Positions 39,419 to 48,662 of a DNA stretch of 64,000 bases are shown piece by piece. A model generated the notes under the pieces. It was given only the letters and a program-made list of their open reading frames with translations. It did no database searches and was not told the DNA's origin. This DNA comes from an uncultured Actinomycetota bacterium (GTDB lineage: Bacteria > Actinomycetota > Actinomycetes > Mycobacteriales > Jatrophihabitantaceae). The position numbers and the translations under genes were made by a program. Numbering within the stretch: the stretch's first letter is position 1; each line of letters begins with the position of its first letter. The stretch covers positions 165,078 through 229,077 of the forward strand of contig CAVPTA010000007.1 of assembly GCA_963708645.1 (NCBI GenBank). Reading direction: 5' to 3'.

Positions 39419-40353
39419 CGCACTGCTCCGGCGGTCTCGGTCGTGCCGTGGAATTCGACGGCGTCGCGCGTGATCTCCATGAACGCCTCCTCCAGGGTGG
39501 CCTGCTGCGGGGTGAGTTCGACAAGTGGGATCGCCTCGCGCGCTGCGACGAGTCCGATCTGTGCGCTGTCGGTGCCGGTGACGATGAGTTCGTCGGGGTT
39601 CGAGCGTTCGACCTCGTAGCCGTCGTCGATGAGTAGCGCGCTCAGTCGGTCGGCCTGCGTGGTGCGCACAAGCACGGCGCCGGTCGTTGCCGTACGCACC
39701 ACGTCCGCGATGCTGCCCGAGGTGATGAACCGGCCGCGGCCGACGACGATGACCTCAGTTGCGGTGAGTGCCATCTCGCTCATCAGGTGCGACGACACGA
39801 AGACCGTGCGTCCTTCGGCTGCGAGCGATTTCAAGAGATTGCGGATCCAGCGGATGCCTTCCGGGTCGAGACCGTTCACGGGCTCGTCGAGCAACAACAC
39901 CTGCGGATCACCGAGCAGCGCCGCTGCGATGCCGAGCCGCTGCCCCATGCCGAGCGAGAACTTGCCCACCCGCTTGCCGGCGACCTCGTGCAGGCCGACG
40001 AGGTCGATCATCTCGTCGACCCGACGCCGCGGAATGTTGTGCGTCGCCGCCATTGCGAGCAGGTGGTTGCGCGCCGAGCGTCCGGTGTGGACGGCGCGTG
40101 CCTCGAGCAGCGCGCCGACCTCGTGCAACGGTGCGGGCAGATCGACGTAGCGTTTGCCGTTGATCAACGCCGTTCCGCCTGTCGGTCGGTCGAGCCCGAG
40201 CAGCAGCCGCATCGTTGTCGATTTGCCCGAGCCGTTGGGCCCGAGGAATCCCGTCACCGTCCCGGCGCGGACCTCGAAACTCAGGTTCTCCACCGCAGCC
40301 TTGTCGCCATATTTCTTGGTCAGTTCCTGCGCTTCGATCATGGACGGAATCAT
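39415..40353 (-). CDS. ABC transporter ATP-binding protein
   Basis: Walker A 'GPNGSGKST', signature 'FSLGMGQRLGIAAAL', Walker B 'LLLDEPVNGLD'. Start refined to 'MIPSMIEAQELTKKYG'. Confidence 0.85.
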   Translation of the reverse strand: MIPSMIEAQELTKKYGDKAAVENLSFEVRAGTVTGFLGPNGSGKSTTMRLLLGLDRPTGGTALINGKRYVDLPAPLHEVGALLEARAVHTGRSARNHLLAMAATHNIPRRRVDEMIDLVGLHEVAGKRVGKFSLGMGQRLGIAAALLGDPQVLLLDEPVNGLDPEGIRWIRNLLKSLAAEGRTVFVSSHLMSEMALTATEVIVVGRGRFITSGSIADVVRTATTGAVLVRTTQADRLSALLIDDGYEVERSNPDELIVTGTDSAQIGLVAAREAIPLVELTPQQATLEEAFMEITRDAVEFHGTTETAGAVR

Positions 40354-40429
40354 GCGGCACCAACGGCCGTAGAGCATCGGTGCATGCCCTGAGGGCGACC
40401 CTGAATTCAGCCCGCTCTCACCGGGGGCG

Positions 40430-41050
40430 TCACAGCGTTCGCTCACCTCGCGACGTGCGCAGCACGGTATGAAGCGTTGTGTCGTCTGCGCGATCGACAG
40501 ACAGCTCGGCGCCGACGATGGCGAGTACGCGGTGCACTTCGGCCGGGTCGGGATGGGTCGCGCGGAAGTCGGTCAGTTGCGCTTGCGGCAGCTCACTCGA
40601 CGATGGATGCGTGGTGTCGCCCCAGTCGATGAGGAACGGGATCAACCCATCAAGCCTCGGAGCGTCGGGTGAGGTGAGTCGCCATGCCAGCAGTTCACCG
40701 GACGGAGTGCGGCGCGACATCGCTATGACAGGTCCGGGGTCGTACCCGTTGCTCATCGCGTCGGCCACAGTGGCGTCGATGTCCGTCGTGCGGACCGCCC
40801 AGGTCGCGAGCCGTGGCTCTGCGTGCGAGTCGACGCCGAAGGGCCGCGCGCCGACGTGGTCGGGTTGTGCTGGATCGGGTCCGATGATCTCGAGGTAGGC
40901 CGTGCCGAGACCGACGAGGTAGTTGGCCGTACCGAGCCCGGCGTGACTGCCGCCTGGAACCGGGCGCAGGCCGGTCGTCTCCTCGAATTCGGCTACCGCG
41001 TGCGCGAGATCGGGGACTGCATAAACCAGATGGTCAAGCACGACGGTCAT
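40430..41050 (-). CDS. VOC-family (glyoxalase/bleomycin-resistance/dioxygenase fold) protein
   Basis: 206 aa, 'LDHLVYAVPDLAHAVAEFEETTGLRPVPGGSHAGLGTANYLV'. Confidence 0.65.
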   Translation of the reverse strand: MTVVLDHLVYAVPDLAHAVAEFEETTGLRPVPGGSHAGLGTANYLVGLGTAYLEIIGPDPAQPDHVGARPFGVDSHAEPRLATWAVRTTDIDATVADAMSNGYDPGPVIAMSRRTPSGELLAWRLTSPDAPRLDGLIPFLIDWGDTTHPSSSELPQAQLTDFRATHPDPAEVHRVLAIVGAELSVDRADDTTLHTVLRTSRGERTL

Positions 41051-41077
41051 GCCTCGACCGTATGCGGCAGGGCTGAG

Positions 41078-42523
41078 TCATGACTCGCGATGCCACCACG
41101 GATCCCAGCCACTGTCCAGCGCCGCGCTGGAACGAGAGACGAAAGAACAAAGAGCGCGGCGACGGAGAGTACCGCGAGGGTCGAGTATCGCGTTGTTCGG
41201 TCCGGTCGGGACGAAGTCCCGAAGCGGGGAGTCCTCGCTGGTAGGTGCGGTTGGCGCTGGAGGGCATGCTTCAGCGCCGGTCAGACTCGGGTCAGTTGGG
41301 GTGAGTCGTGGATGCGGTTGCGGCGTGGTCGTTGTTTCGGGATCGACCCAGGCGGGCGGGACCCAGTGGGGTAGGTCGTCGAGCATGATCGAAGACCAGC
41401 CCATCTGTTCGAACAGGGCGTGGTTGGCGGTGCAGACAAGGGTGCCGTCGTCGACGCAGGTGCTTCGGGTGATCGCGTAGTCGGTGACGTGATGTGCCTG
41501 GGTCCATGACAAGGGCGCATCACAGCCGGGATAGCTGCAGCCTTTGTCTCGGGCGAACATGGCGAGGCGTTGTTGTTCGGTGAACAACCGTTGCTGATCC
41601 GAATACGCCGTGATCGCCTTCGTCTTCGACAGCAGGACCAGGATCGCTTTGGCTTTCGGGTCCAGCCACCGGTCGGCGACCGCGACCGGGATCGTGTAGC
41701 CGTGGGCGGTCTGGGCGATGCCGGTGCCGTTCGCGTACTCGTCGACGGTGGCGGTGAGGACCAGGGTGGTGGCGCAGCCGTTGGCGGTGGGCAGGTCGCC
41801 TGAGGCGTAGAGCAGTTTGAGGCCGTCGAGCAGCGCGTCGTGGCGGCGTTGGCCGGGGGTGCGCGGGTCGCGTTCGCCGTCCGGGCCGGTGTGCGGCTTG
41901 CCGAGCGTGTCGAGCAGGGTCTCGAGGTATTCGGCGGCCTCGCAGGTCAGCTCGCCGGCGATCGAGGCCGAGCCCGTCCGCGCGCCGGCGCAGGGTCAGG
42001 GTGCGGCGCCGATGCGCGGTTTCGATGTCACGCAACGCGCCGTCCTGATCGACGCGGGCGTAGAGGCCGGTGGCGAAGCGGGCCAGCAGGTCCGGGTCGT
42101 GCTCGGCAGCGAACTCGAGCAGCGCGGTCTCGATACAGCGGCGCCGACTGGTCGGCGAGCAGGTCGTCGATCTTGTCCGTCATCTTCACGACCGTGGCCG
42201 CGTGCCGGACCGAGATCGACCCGTCGGCCAACGCGGCCGCGGTCTGCGGGTGTTGCGGTTCGACCAGCTCACCGGTGATCAGCGTGCGCCGCGGCGTGAC
42301 CGCCAGCGCCAGCCGCACCCGCCCAGCCGCATCATTGGCGCCGATCCTCAACGCGTCGCCGCAGCAACACCACCGTCGACTTCGCACCGAGATCATGAGC
42401 CAGCCGCTCGGTCTCGACCTGGGCGATCAGGCTCAGCTGTTCGACCTCGATCGCCTGCTTCCGAGCCTCCAGTTCGCGCAGCCGATCCAGCACCGCGGTG
42501 CCGGTCAACTGCGAGCTGCTCAC
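41078..42523 (-). pseudogene. DUF222 + HNH endonuclease (REP13E12-family-like) gene disrupted by at least three frameshifts
   Basis: An HNH C-terminus 'FARDKGCSYPGCDAPLSWTQAHHVTDY...TLVCTANHALFEQMGW' lies in the frame of ORF 41078..41587 with no start codon upstream in that frame. DUF222-like segments occupy other frames. 'SSSQLTGTAVLDRLRELEARKQAIEVEQLSLIAQVETERLAHDLGAKST' is in ORF 42332..42877. 'LALAVTPRRTLITGELVEPQHPQTAAALADGSISVRHAATVV' is in ORF 42028..42396. 'RDIETAHRRRTLTLRRRADGLGLD' is in ORF 41520..42035. Confidence 0.65.
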
Positions 42524-42554
42524 GTGTTCGATAATACCCCTTCCGAGGAAGGAA

Positions 42555-43099
42555 TGGTAGACCTGTGGACGGAGAATCCGCATAAATATATGAGGATCGG
42601 GTTCCTCGAACCGCCTGGAAACGTTCCGCTCTCGATGGGGCATGCTGTTGCCGTGAGTCGCCCTGGTGCCCGCATCGATATTCGTGCGCTGCTGTGGTCC
42701 CGCGTGTACGCAGTGGCGATTGTCTGCGTATTGATCAGTACGATCGCGTGCGTTCCCGTGCTGCACACGACGGTCGAGGCGATCGTCGTCTCGAGCTTGC
42801 TCGTCTGCTTCGGCGTCGTGGTTGCTTATCGCACTCTGCGCCTGCGTGTGACGTCTGCGGCCGGCGGCAGCCTCCATGTGAGCAACGGCTTTCGATCACG
42901 CCTTATTTTGCGAGCCGACATCGAGGAGTTCCGGATCGACGCGACCGGCGGAGCCAGGGTGGGCAATCTCGTCGTCCAAGTGCTGCTGCGCGACCAAACG
43001 ACCTACAGCCTGGCGGTCACCGCGTCGCCGGCGTTGTTCGGCGGCAGAAGAACCATACGGTGTCTTGAACAACTTGAAGACTGGCGAACGCAATACTGA
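42555..43099 (+). CDS. Hypothetical membrane protein, two TM helices plus a PH-domain-like beta region (bacterial PH / YdbT-like); noticeably lower GC than surroundings
   Basis: ATG preceded by 'gaggaagga'. 'VYAVAIVCVLISTIACVPVL' and 'AIVVSSLLVCFGVVVAYRTL' TM segments followed by 'SLHVSNGFRSRLILRADIEEFRIDATGGARVGNLVVQVLLRDQTTYSLAV'. The local sequence is AT-richer ('cataaatatatgagga'). Confidence 0.45.
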
Positions 43100-43104
43100 C
43101 CACC

Positions 43105-44046
43105 ATGCGTCCGTTCCACTTCCTCGCCGACATCCACGAGATCGTCAGCGGCGACGAGCTCGCCGAGCGCGCGAAGCTCGCAGAGGACCTGGGCTATCAC
43201 GCCCTGGTGATCCCCGATCACCTGCTCGGTCAGCTTTCGCCGGTCGTCGCGTTGGCGACAGCTGCAGCGGTGACCTCGACGTTGCGGCTGTCGGCATTCG
43301 TGCTCAACAACGATCTGCGGCACCCAGCAGTGCTCGCTCAGGATCTCGCGAGCATCGACGTGCTGTCGGGCGGACGAGTCGACGTTGCGATCGGTGCCGG
43401 CTGGAACAAGCCGGAGTACGACGCAATCGGTTTGAGCTTCGATCCGACGCCGGTGCGTCAGGCGCGCCTCGAGGAATCGATCACCGTCCTCAAGGGAATG
43501 TTCGCTGCCGAGCCGTTCAGCTTCGCCGGCGAGCACTACACGATCACCGACTACACCGGCGAGCCCACGCCTGTGCAGCGTCCGCACCCGCCCTTCTTCA
43601 TCGGCGGCGGCGGGCGCCGGACGTTGACGCTCGCGGGACGTGAGGCGGACATCGTCGGTCTTGCACCCCGCATCAGCAAGGACGCCAAGCTCGACGCACA
43701 CTCGATCACCTGGGACGCGACCAGGGAGAAGATCGATTGGGTCCGCGAGGCGGCCGGCGATCGCTTCGACTCGCTGGAGTTCAACATGTATCCCTCGGCG
43801 TGGGCGCCGACGATAACCGACGATGTTCGCGGCGAGCTCGGTCGAGTCATCGATTCGATCCGCGAACGGACGGGCGTCGAGCTGACGTACGACGAAGCCG
43901 CCGACTCCCCGCACCTGTTCGTCGGGAGCGTCGACGGCCTCGTCGAAAAGTTCCTGCGTCTGCGCGAGGAACTTGGTATCACTTCAATTCTGTTGGGCGA
44001 ACTCGGCGAGCTCGCCCCTGTGTTGGAGCGCCTCGCAGGCCAGTAA
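43105..44046 (+). CDS. LLM-class (luciferase-like) F420-dependent oxidoreductase
   Basis: 313 aa 'FHFLADIHEIVSGDELAERAKLAEDLGYHALVIPDHL...VAIGAGW...FIGGGG' matching the MSMEG_2516-type F420 oxidoreductase pattern. Confidence 0.8.
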   Translation: MRPFHFLADIHEIVSGDELAERAKLAEDLGYHALVIPDHLLGQLSPVVALATAAAVTSTLRLSAFVLNNDLRHPAVLAQDLASIDVLSGGRVDVAIGAGWNKPEYDAIGLSFDPTPVRQARLEESITVLKGMFAAEPFSFAGEHYTITDYTGEPTPVQRPHPPFFIGGGGRRTLTLAGREADIVGLAPRISKDAKLDAHSITWDATREKIDWVREAAGDRFDSLEFNMYPSAWAPTITDDVRGELGRVIDSIRERTGVELTYDEAADSPHLFVGSVDGLVEKFLRLREELGITSILLGELGELAPVLERLAGQ

Positions 44047-44054
44047 CCCAGTGG

Positions 44055-44687
44055 TCAGGGCGTCGGCGTGCCGTAGACGCGCTGGGCGTGCTTGGCGTAT
44101 GCACGGCGTCCCATCGACAGGACGGCTTTGCGCATCGGTCCGGGTACGGCACCGAGCATCTCGCGCATGACCTCGGAGTCGCCGTCGTAGGCGAGCATCC
44201 CCAGCATGCGCGGGGCGTCCTTGAACGGCGTGCTGCGCTGGGCGGCCTTGCCGATCTTCGCCCACTCCTTCTGGGTGATGCACGCTTCGACGAGAGGCAT
44301 CACGTGCTGCTCCTCGGCATCGAGGTGCTCGATCAACGCGGTGTACAGCCGCGTGTAGACCGCGGCGAGGTGAGCAGCGCGTGCGGAGTCGGCGTCCTTG
44401 CGCCAGGCCGCCCGCTCGACGACGGTGTGCTCGAGCAACTCGGCTACGACGTGGTGCTGCGATTCCATCAGTTCGACGATCGGAGCGATCTCGGTGGGTA
44501 CGCGCTCGAGCAGCTTCGGCCAGAGCATCTCGTCCTCGATCGTGTGATGGTGGTGCAGGAATCGGTCGACGAGGTCGAGGTGTGTCGCAACGAGGTTTGC
44601 GTGCAGCCGGTCACCGTGCTCGACCGAGCGCAGCAGGTCGGGCGCGAGGCGCAATTCGCGACGAAAGGCCGAGTGAATCGTCTTCAT
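44055..44687 (-). CDS. Hemerythrin (HHE cation-binding) domain protein
   Basis: 210 aa with His/Glu ligand pattern 'HHHTIEDEMLWP', 'ESQHHVV', 'HLDAEEQHVMP'. Confidence 0.7.
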   Translation of the reverse strand: MKTIHSAFRRELRLAPDLLRSVEHGDRLHANLVATHLDLVDRFLHHHHTIEDEMLWPKLLERVPTEIAPIVELMESQHHVVAELLEHTVVERAAWRKDADSARAAHLAAVYTRLYTALIEHLDAEEQHVMPLVEACITQKEWAKIGKAAQRSTPFKDAPRMLGMLAYDGDSEVMREMLGAVPGPMRKAVLSMGRRAYAKHAQRVYGTPTP

Positions 44688-44901
44688 CTCGGCGCCCGCA
44701 CCGACGGCGGTCTTACGTGTCGGGCCGAGTGAGGGTGGTCGTGGTCATTACGGCTATCTCCTACTGATCGGTATGGGGTATTGCGCAATAGAGAGCGTTG
44801 ATCCGGGCGCGTGATACATGCTTCGCGCGCCGCGCTCCCGCCACACGCCTGCTAGCAGGACGATGCGACGGGGTGGCTACTACGCCTCGACCCCACATCG
44901 A

Positions 44902-45828
44902 TCAGTTGCTGCGATCACCCAGTACGCGCATGGCCCGCAGCGTGTTCCAGCGACTCGGCTTCCCGTCGCCGTCTTCCATGACGAAATGCACCGCGCCGCG
45001 ATAGGTGTTCTCGAGCAGCCACGTGCCGTCCGGTTGCTGCTTCGACCGCACCAGTTCGACGGCTTCGCGCAGTTGGTCATGCGGTTCGCCCGCGGCACGG
45101 AAGTAGTCGAGCGCACGCAACACGTCGTAGTGCCACTGCGTCGGGAACGAGAACTTCAGATAGTCGGGGTCGACCATCTCCCCGGTGCTCAGCCGCCGCA
45201 TCAACGAGCGATCGAGCAGGTATTGATCACCGCGTCGTCGCGCGTCGGACACCGACTGCGATCCGCCCGCGCGCTCGTACTCGAGCAAGCCCTCAAGCAC
45301 GCAGATCGTTGTGTCGAACGACGACCGCACCGAGCCGTTCTCGACCTCGCAGTTCCACCCGCCGTCTTCGAGCTGCTCGCCGAGCAATCGTGCGACGACT
45401 GCGTCCACGTCGACGCCGAAGTACGCGCCGAGCGCGACCGTGCGCCCGTTGATGCACGGCTCGACCTCACCGTCGAAGAACGCCGATCCGTCGTACTCCC
45501 ACTTGCAGTTCTCACGGACGAGCGCGACCTTCTCGCGGACGATCTCGGCGTTCGGGTCGACACCGAAGTCGCGTAGCAGGCCGAGCGACGGCAGGGTGGA
45601 CGTCCACGGTTGGCCCTGCGAGAAATCGCCACGGAAGTCGGCAGGGAAGCACGCGCCGCCGGCCCAGCCGTCGTCAGCGCACAGCGCGAGCAAGCGCGCA
45701 CCCCAGCCCTCACTCGCCACGCGGGCACGCTCGGCCGCGACGTCATTAGCGCTGGCATCGGTGAGGTCGCGCAGCGCTTGCCACCGCACTGCGGGATCAG
45801 AATCGAGCAGCCATTCCGTGACGGTCAT
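44902..45828 (-). CDS. Prenyltransferase/squalene-oxidase-repeat (alpha/alpha-toroid) family protein, hypothetical
   Basis: Refined start 'MTVTEWLLDSDPAVRWQAL'. Repeated 'DGGW' and 'QQPDGTW' motifs typical of the PFTB/terpene-cyclase repeat. The N-terminal 51 aa of the track ORF are read-through. Confidence 0.45.
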   Translation of the reverse strand: MTVTEWLLDSDPAVRWQALRDLTDASANDVAAERARVASEGWGARLLALCADDGWAGGACFPADFRGDFSQGQPWTSTLPSLGLLRDFGVDPNAEIVREKVALVRENCKWEYDGSAFFDGEVEPCINGRTVALGAYFGVDVDAVVARLLGEQLEDGGWNCEVENGSVRSSFDTTICVLEGLLEYERAGGSQSVSDARRRGDQYLLDRSLMRRLSTGEMVDPDYLKFSFPTQWHYDVLRALDYFRAAGEPHDQLREAVELVRSKQQPDGTWLLENTYRGAVHFVMEDGDGKPSRWNTLRAMRVLGDRSN

Positions 45829-45841
45829 CGGCTGGATCCGG

Positions 45842-46201
45842 TCAGCCCACGCACAGACAGAACGGATGACCGGCCGGGTCGAGGAACACCCGGAACGTAG
45901 TGCCCGGCTGGTGATCGTGCTTGGTCGCTCCGAGCTCGAGCACCGCCGCCTCAGCGACGTCGAGATCGTCGACGTCGACATCGATGTGCATCTGCTGCGG
46001 GACGTCCTGGCCCGGCCACTGCGGCGCCCGGTACGAGTCGACCTTTTGGAACGCCAGCGAGTCGCCGTACTCGGCGCGAACGGCCGTCCAGTCGTCGTCG
46101 TTCTTCTCGATCGTCCAGCCCAGCAGGGCGCCGTAGAACGCGGCCATTGCCTTCGGGTCGGAGCAGTCGAGGACGGTTACGGGAAAGCGTGCGATTGCCA
46201 T
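45842..46201 (-). CDS. VOC/glyoxalase-family small protein
   Basis: 'MAIARFPVTVLDCSDPKAMAAFYGALLGWT...MHIDVDVDDLDVAEAAVLELGAT'. ~119 aa. Confidence 0.6.
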   Translation of the reverse strand: MAIARFPVTVLDCSDPKAMAAFYGALLGWTIEKNDDDWTAVRAEYGDSLAFQKVDSYRAPQWPGQDVPQQMHIDVDVDDLDVAEAAVLELGATKHDHQPGTTFRVFLDPAGHPFCLCVG

Positions 46202-46221
46202 GATCGGCAGTCTAGGAACGG

Positions 46222-47475
46222 TTGCGGACAAAGGGCGTCCGCAATGACCGCGGCTACAGTCCGGTCAACCGCATTCGCGATCATCGTGTGGTGGACGTCG
46301 ATGGCGCGATCGCGCCGGACCGGGTCAGCACCGGCCACCGCGCGCCGCTCGTGCTGCTCGCGGCCTGCGTGTTCTTTGCGATCTCGACCGAGATGCTGCC
46401 TGTCGGGTTGCTCCCCGAAATCGGCCGCGGCCTTGACGTTTCGTCGTCGGCGGCCGGCGTCCTCGTCTCGGTGTACGCCGTCCTGGTCGCCGTCTTGTCG
46501 GTCCCGATCGCGGCGCTCGCGGAGCGCTGGCCGCGCCGCACGGTGCTCGGCGTGCTGCTGGGCGCGTACACGGTGAGCAACATCGTCTTCGCCGTCGCGC
46601 CCGACTACGCCGTGGCGGTAGTGGCGCGGACGATCGGCGGCGTGGCGCACGCCGGCTTCTTCGCGGTGTCGGTGGCAGCGGCGGTGTCGTTGGTCGACGC
46701 CACGCGGTCGGGACGTGCGATCGCCGTTGTGATGGTGGGCAATGCGCTCGCACTGGTCTTCGGCGTCCCGGTCGGGACGCTGCTGGGAACTGCGCTCGGC
46801 TGGCGCTGGGCGTTCGCCGTCCTCGCCGTGGCGTTGGGCGTGCTCGCGGTTGCGGTCGTACGACTCTTGCCCGACCAGGCACCGGCTCGGGCCACTTCGC
46901 GGACGTCGGTTCTCGTGGGCATCCGCCGCCCTGCAGTCGTGATCATGGCAAGCGTGATCACACTGCTCGCGCTCGGTCACTTCACCCTCTACACCTACGT
47001 GAGCCCACTGCTGCTCCACGACGGTGTCGCACGCGGCGACATCGGAACCGTCCTGTTCGGATACGGCATCGGCGGCCTGATCGGTCTCGCGGCGGCCGGC
47101 ACGATCGTCGCGCGTCGCCCGTACGAGGCGCTTGCCGTCGACATCGTGTTGACGGCTGTGAGCCTCGTCCTCGCCGCTGTGATCACCTCGACGATCGGGA
47201 TCATCGCGGTGGTCGCACTGTGGGGAGTCGCGTTCGGCGCCTTCCCGACCCTGACGCAGACCGTCATGCTGCATTCGGCGGGTGATGCCACCGACGCCGC
47301 CACGTCCCTCGTCAACGCGACCACCAACATCGGCATCGCGGGCGGCGCCTTGCTCGGTTCACGGCTGCTCGGGGTGATCAACGCGCCCGAACTCGGCTGG
47401 GTCGGCGCCGCACTCGTCGCGGCATCATTGCTGCTTTATGCGCCCAGACTGCGTCAACGGCCCCGGGCGACGTAA
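46222..47475 (+). CDS. MFS transporter
   Basis: 12 TM segments. Start uncertain (possibly the internal 'VVDVDG' GTG). Confidence 0.8.
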   Translation: MRTKGVRNDRGYSPVNRIRDHRVVDVDGAIAPDRVSTGHRAPLVLLAACVFFAISTEMLPVGLLPEIGRGLDVSSSAAGVLVSVYAVLVAVLSVPIAALAERWPRRTVLGVLLGAYTVSNIVFAVAPDYAVAVVARTIGGVAHAGFFAVSVAAAVSLVDATRSGRAIAVVMVGNALALVFGVPVGTLLGTALGWRWAFAVLAVALGVLAVAVVRLLPDQAPARATSRTSVLVGIRRPAVVIMASVITLLALGHFTLYTYVSPLLLHDGVARGDIGTVLFGYGIGGLIGLAAAGTIVARRPYEALAVDIVLTAVSLVLAAVITSTIGIIAVVALWGVAFGAFPTLTQTVMLHSAGDATDAATSLVNATTNIGIAGGALLGSRLLGVINAPELGWVGAALVAASLLLYAPRLRQRPRAT

Positions 47476-47512
47476 GGTCGAACCAAGATCGGGTCGGCCG
47501 AGGAGGCAACCG

Positions 47513-47686
47513 ATGACGTACGTGGTGCTGATCGTGCTCGTCATCGCGTTGGGCAGCGCCTTGGTGTGGGGCGCCCGCAAGTCTCGTGACGCTGACGAGG
47601 ACATCAAATACATGAACGAGGGTCGCGGGCCCGGACGCGGAATTCTCGGCGTCTTCGGCAAAGGCAGCAACGACCGCCGGTCGTGA
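47513..47686 (+). CDS. Small (57 aa) single-TM membrane protein, hypothetical
   Basis: Strong RBS 'cgaggaggcaaccgATG'. 'MTYVVLIVLVIALGSALVWGARKSRDADEDIKYMNEGRGPGRGILGVFG'. Confidence 0.35.
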   Translation: MTYVVLIVLVIALGSALVWGARKSRDADEDIKYMNEGRGPGRGILGVFGKGSNDRRS

Positions 47687-48012
47687 CCACACTCAGCAGC
47701 CCGATCTACGATCCGCGCATGGCGACGCCGGGCGACCTCGTGGCTGCGCGTAGGTGGACCGAACAGTGCCGGGTCCGTGAGCACGAGCTGTGCCAGCACG
47801 TCGGGTCGGCCAGCACTTTCGGTCTGCTCGGCCACAGATGGTTCGTGACCCTCTGCCCGTGTGCCTGCCATTGGGGATGCCCGGCCGATTCGGTGGAACT
47901 GTCCGAATCGCAACGTGCCTGTACTTGCACCTCGAACGGTCCCGAGCGGACGAGGAACTTCGAGACGGCGCTGCGGGACAGGGCGAGGTGGCACTCCTTC
48001 CGGCGTCGGTGA
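47683..48012 (+). CDS. Cys-rich small protein (109 aa), hypothetical; GTGA-coupled to the preceding small ORF
   Basis: GC3 ~80% in this frame. 'C..C..H...C.C.C.HWGC...C.C.C' spacing. An unusual number of AGG/AGA Arg codons, so the call is weak. Confidence 0.3.
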   Translation: MTTLSSPIYDPRMATPGDLVAARRWTEQCRVREHELCQHVGSASTFGLLGHRWFVTLCPCACHWGCPADSVELSESQRACTCTSNGPERTRNFETALRDRARWHSFRRR

Positions 48013-48308
48013 TTACGTGGTGTGGCCCTCGATGTAGCCCATGCCGTTGGTCTCCGGAGGCAATTCCTCTCGCGCCGGCCACGGCGCGGGGGCGTTCACC
48101 GACGCGCGGTCGCTGTGTCGCATGACCGCACGGCGTAATCGGCTGTGGCACCACCAGCGAGTGGCAGCCGTCGAGAAGGGGTTGACCAGCGCGCGCATCC
48201 GACGCATCACGGTGCCGACATTAGCCGCTCAGCGTCGATGAGGACTCGCTCATCCGGGCTGCGGCCGTCTCGTTGACGGTCCTGATCATCGAGGATCACG
48301 ATGACACC

Positions 48309-48527
48309 ATGTTCTTCGTGGTCGTTGCGGTGATCGTTGTCCCGTTCTTGCTCATCGCATACTTCGTCGACCGCAAGGACCGCACGCACGGGCACCGGAT
48401 TGCTGCTTCTCGCGACATCGGCCGAGCAGCGCGCGACGCTCGCTCGGACGCCTGTGCGGTCGACGCGGTCGGGCCGAGCGCGACCAACGGCGTGTCGTGG
48501 ATGTCCCAACATCGGCGGCGTCGCTAG
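48309..48527 (+). CDS. Possible small single-TM protein (72 aa), hypothetical
   Basis: 'MFFVVVAVIVVPFLLIAYFVDRKDRTHGHR...' after 'gaggat'. Weak. Confidence 0.2.
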   Translation: MFFVVVAVIVVPFLLIAYFVDRKDRTHGHRIAASRDIGRAARDARSDACAVDAVGPSATNGVSWMSQHRRRR

Positions 48528-48558
48528 CCGGATGGACGGTGCGATGCCGATCGCTGCG

Positions 48559-48632
48559 TGGAGCGGGCGACGAGAATCGAACTCGCGTAATCAGTTTGGA
48601 AGACTGAGGCTCTACCATTGAGCTACGCCCGC
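48559..48632 (-). tRNA. tRNA-Gly (anticodon TCC), CCA encoded
   Basis: Reverse complement 'GCGGGCGTAGCTCAATGGTAGAGCCTCAGTCTTCCAAACTGATTACGCGAGTTCGATTCTCGTCGCCCGCTCCA' folds as a canonical cloverleaf with anticodon loop CTTCCAA. Confidence 0.85.
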
Positions 48633-48662
48633 AGCGCCTTGCGATGAGTCACAATACCGGTC

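Noticed and set aside
44775-44786. Perfect 12-bp palindrome 'TATTGCGCAATA' upstream of the hemerythrin gene
   Set aside because: Perfect 6+6 palindromes are expected roughly a dozen times by chance in a window this size. It could still be an operator, but the sequence alone does not justify calling it.
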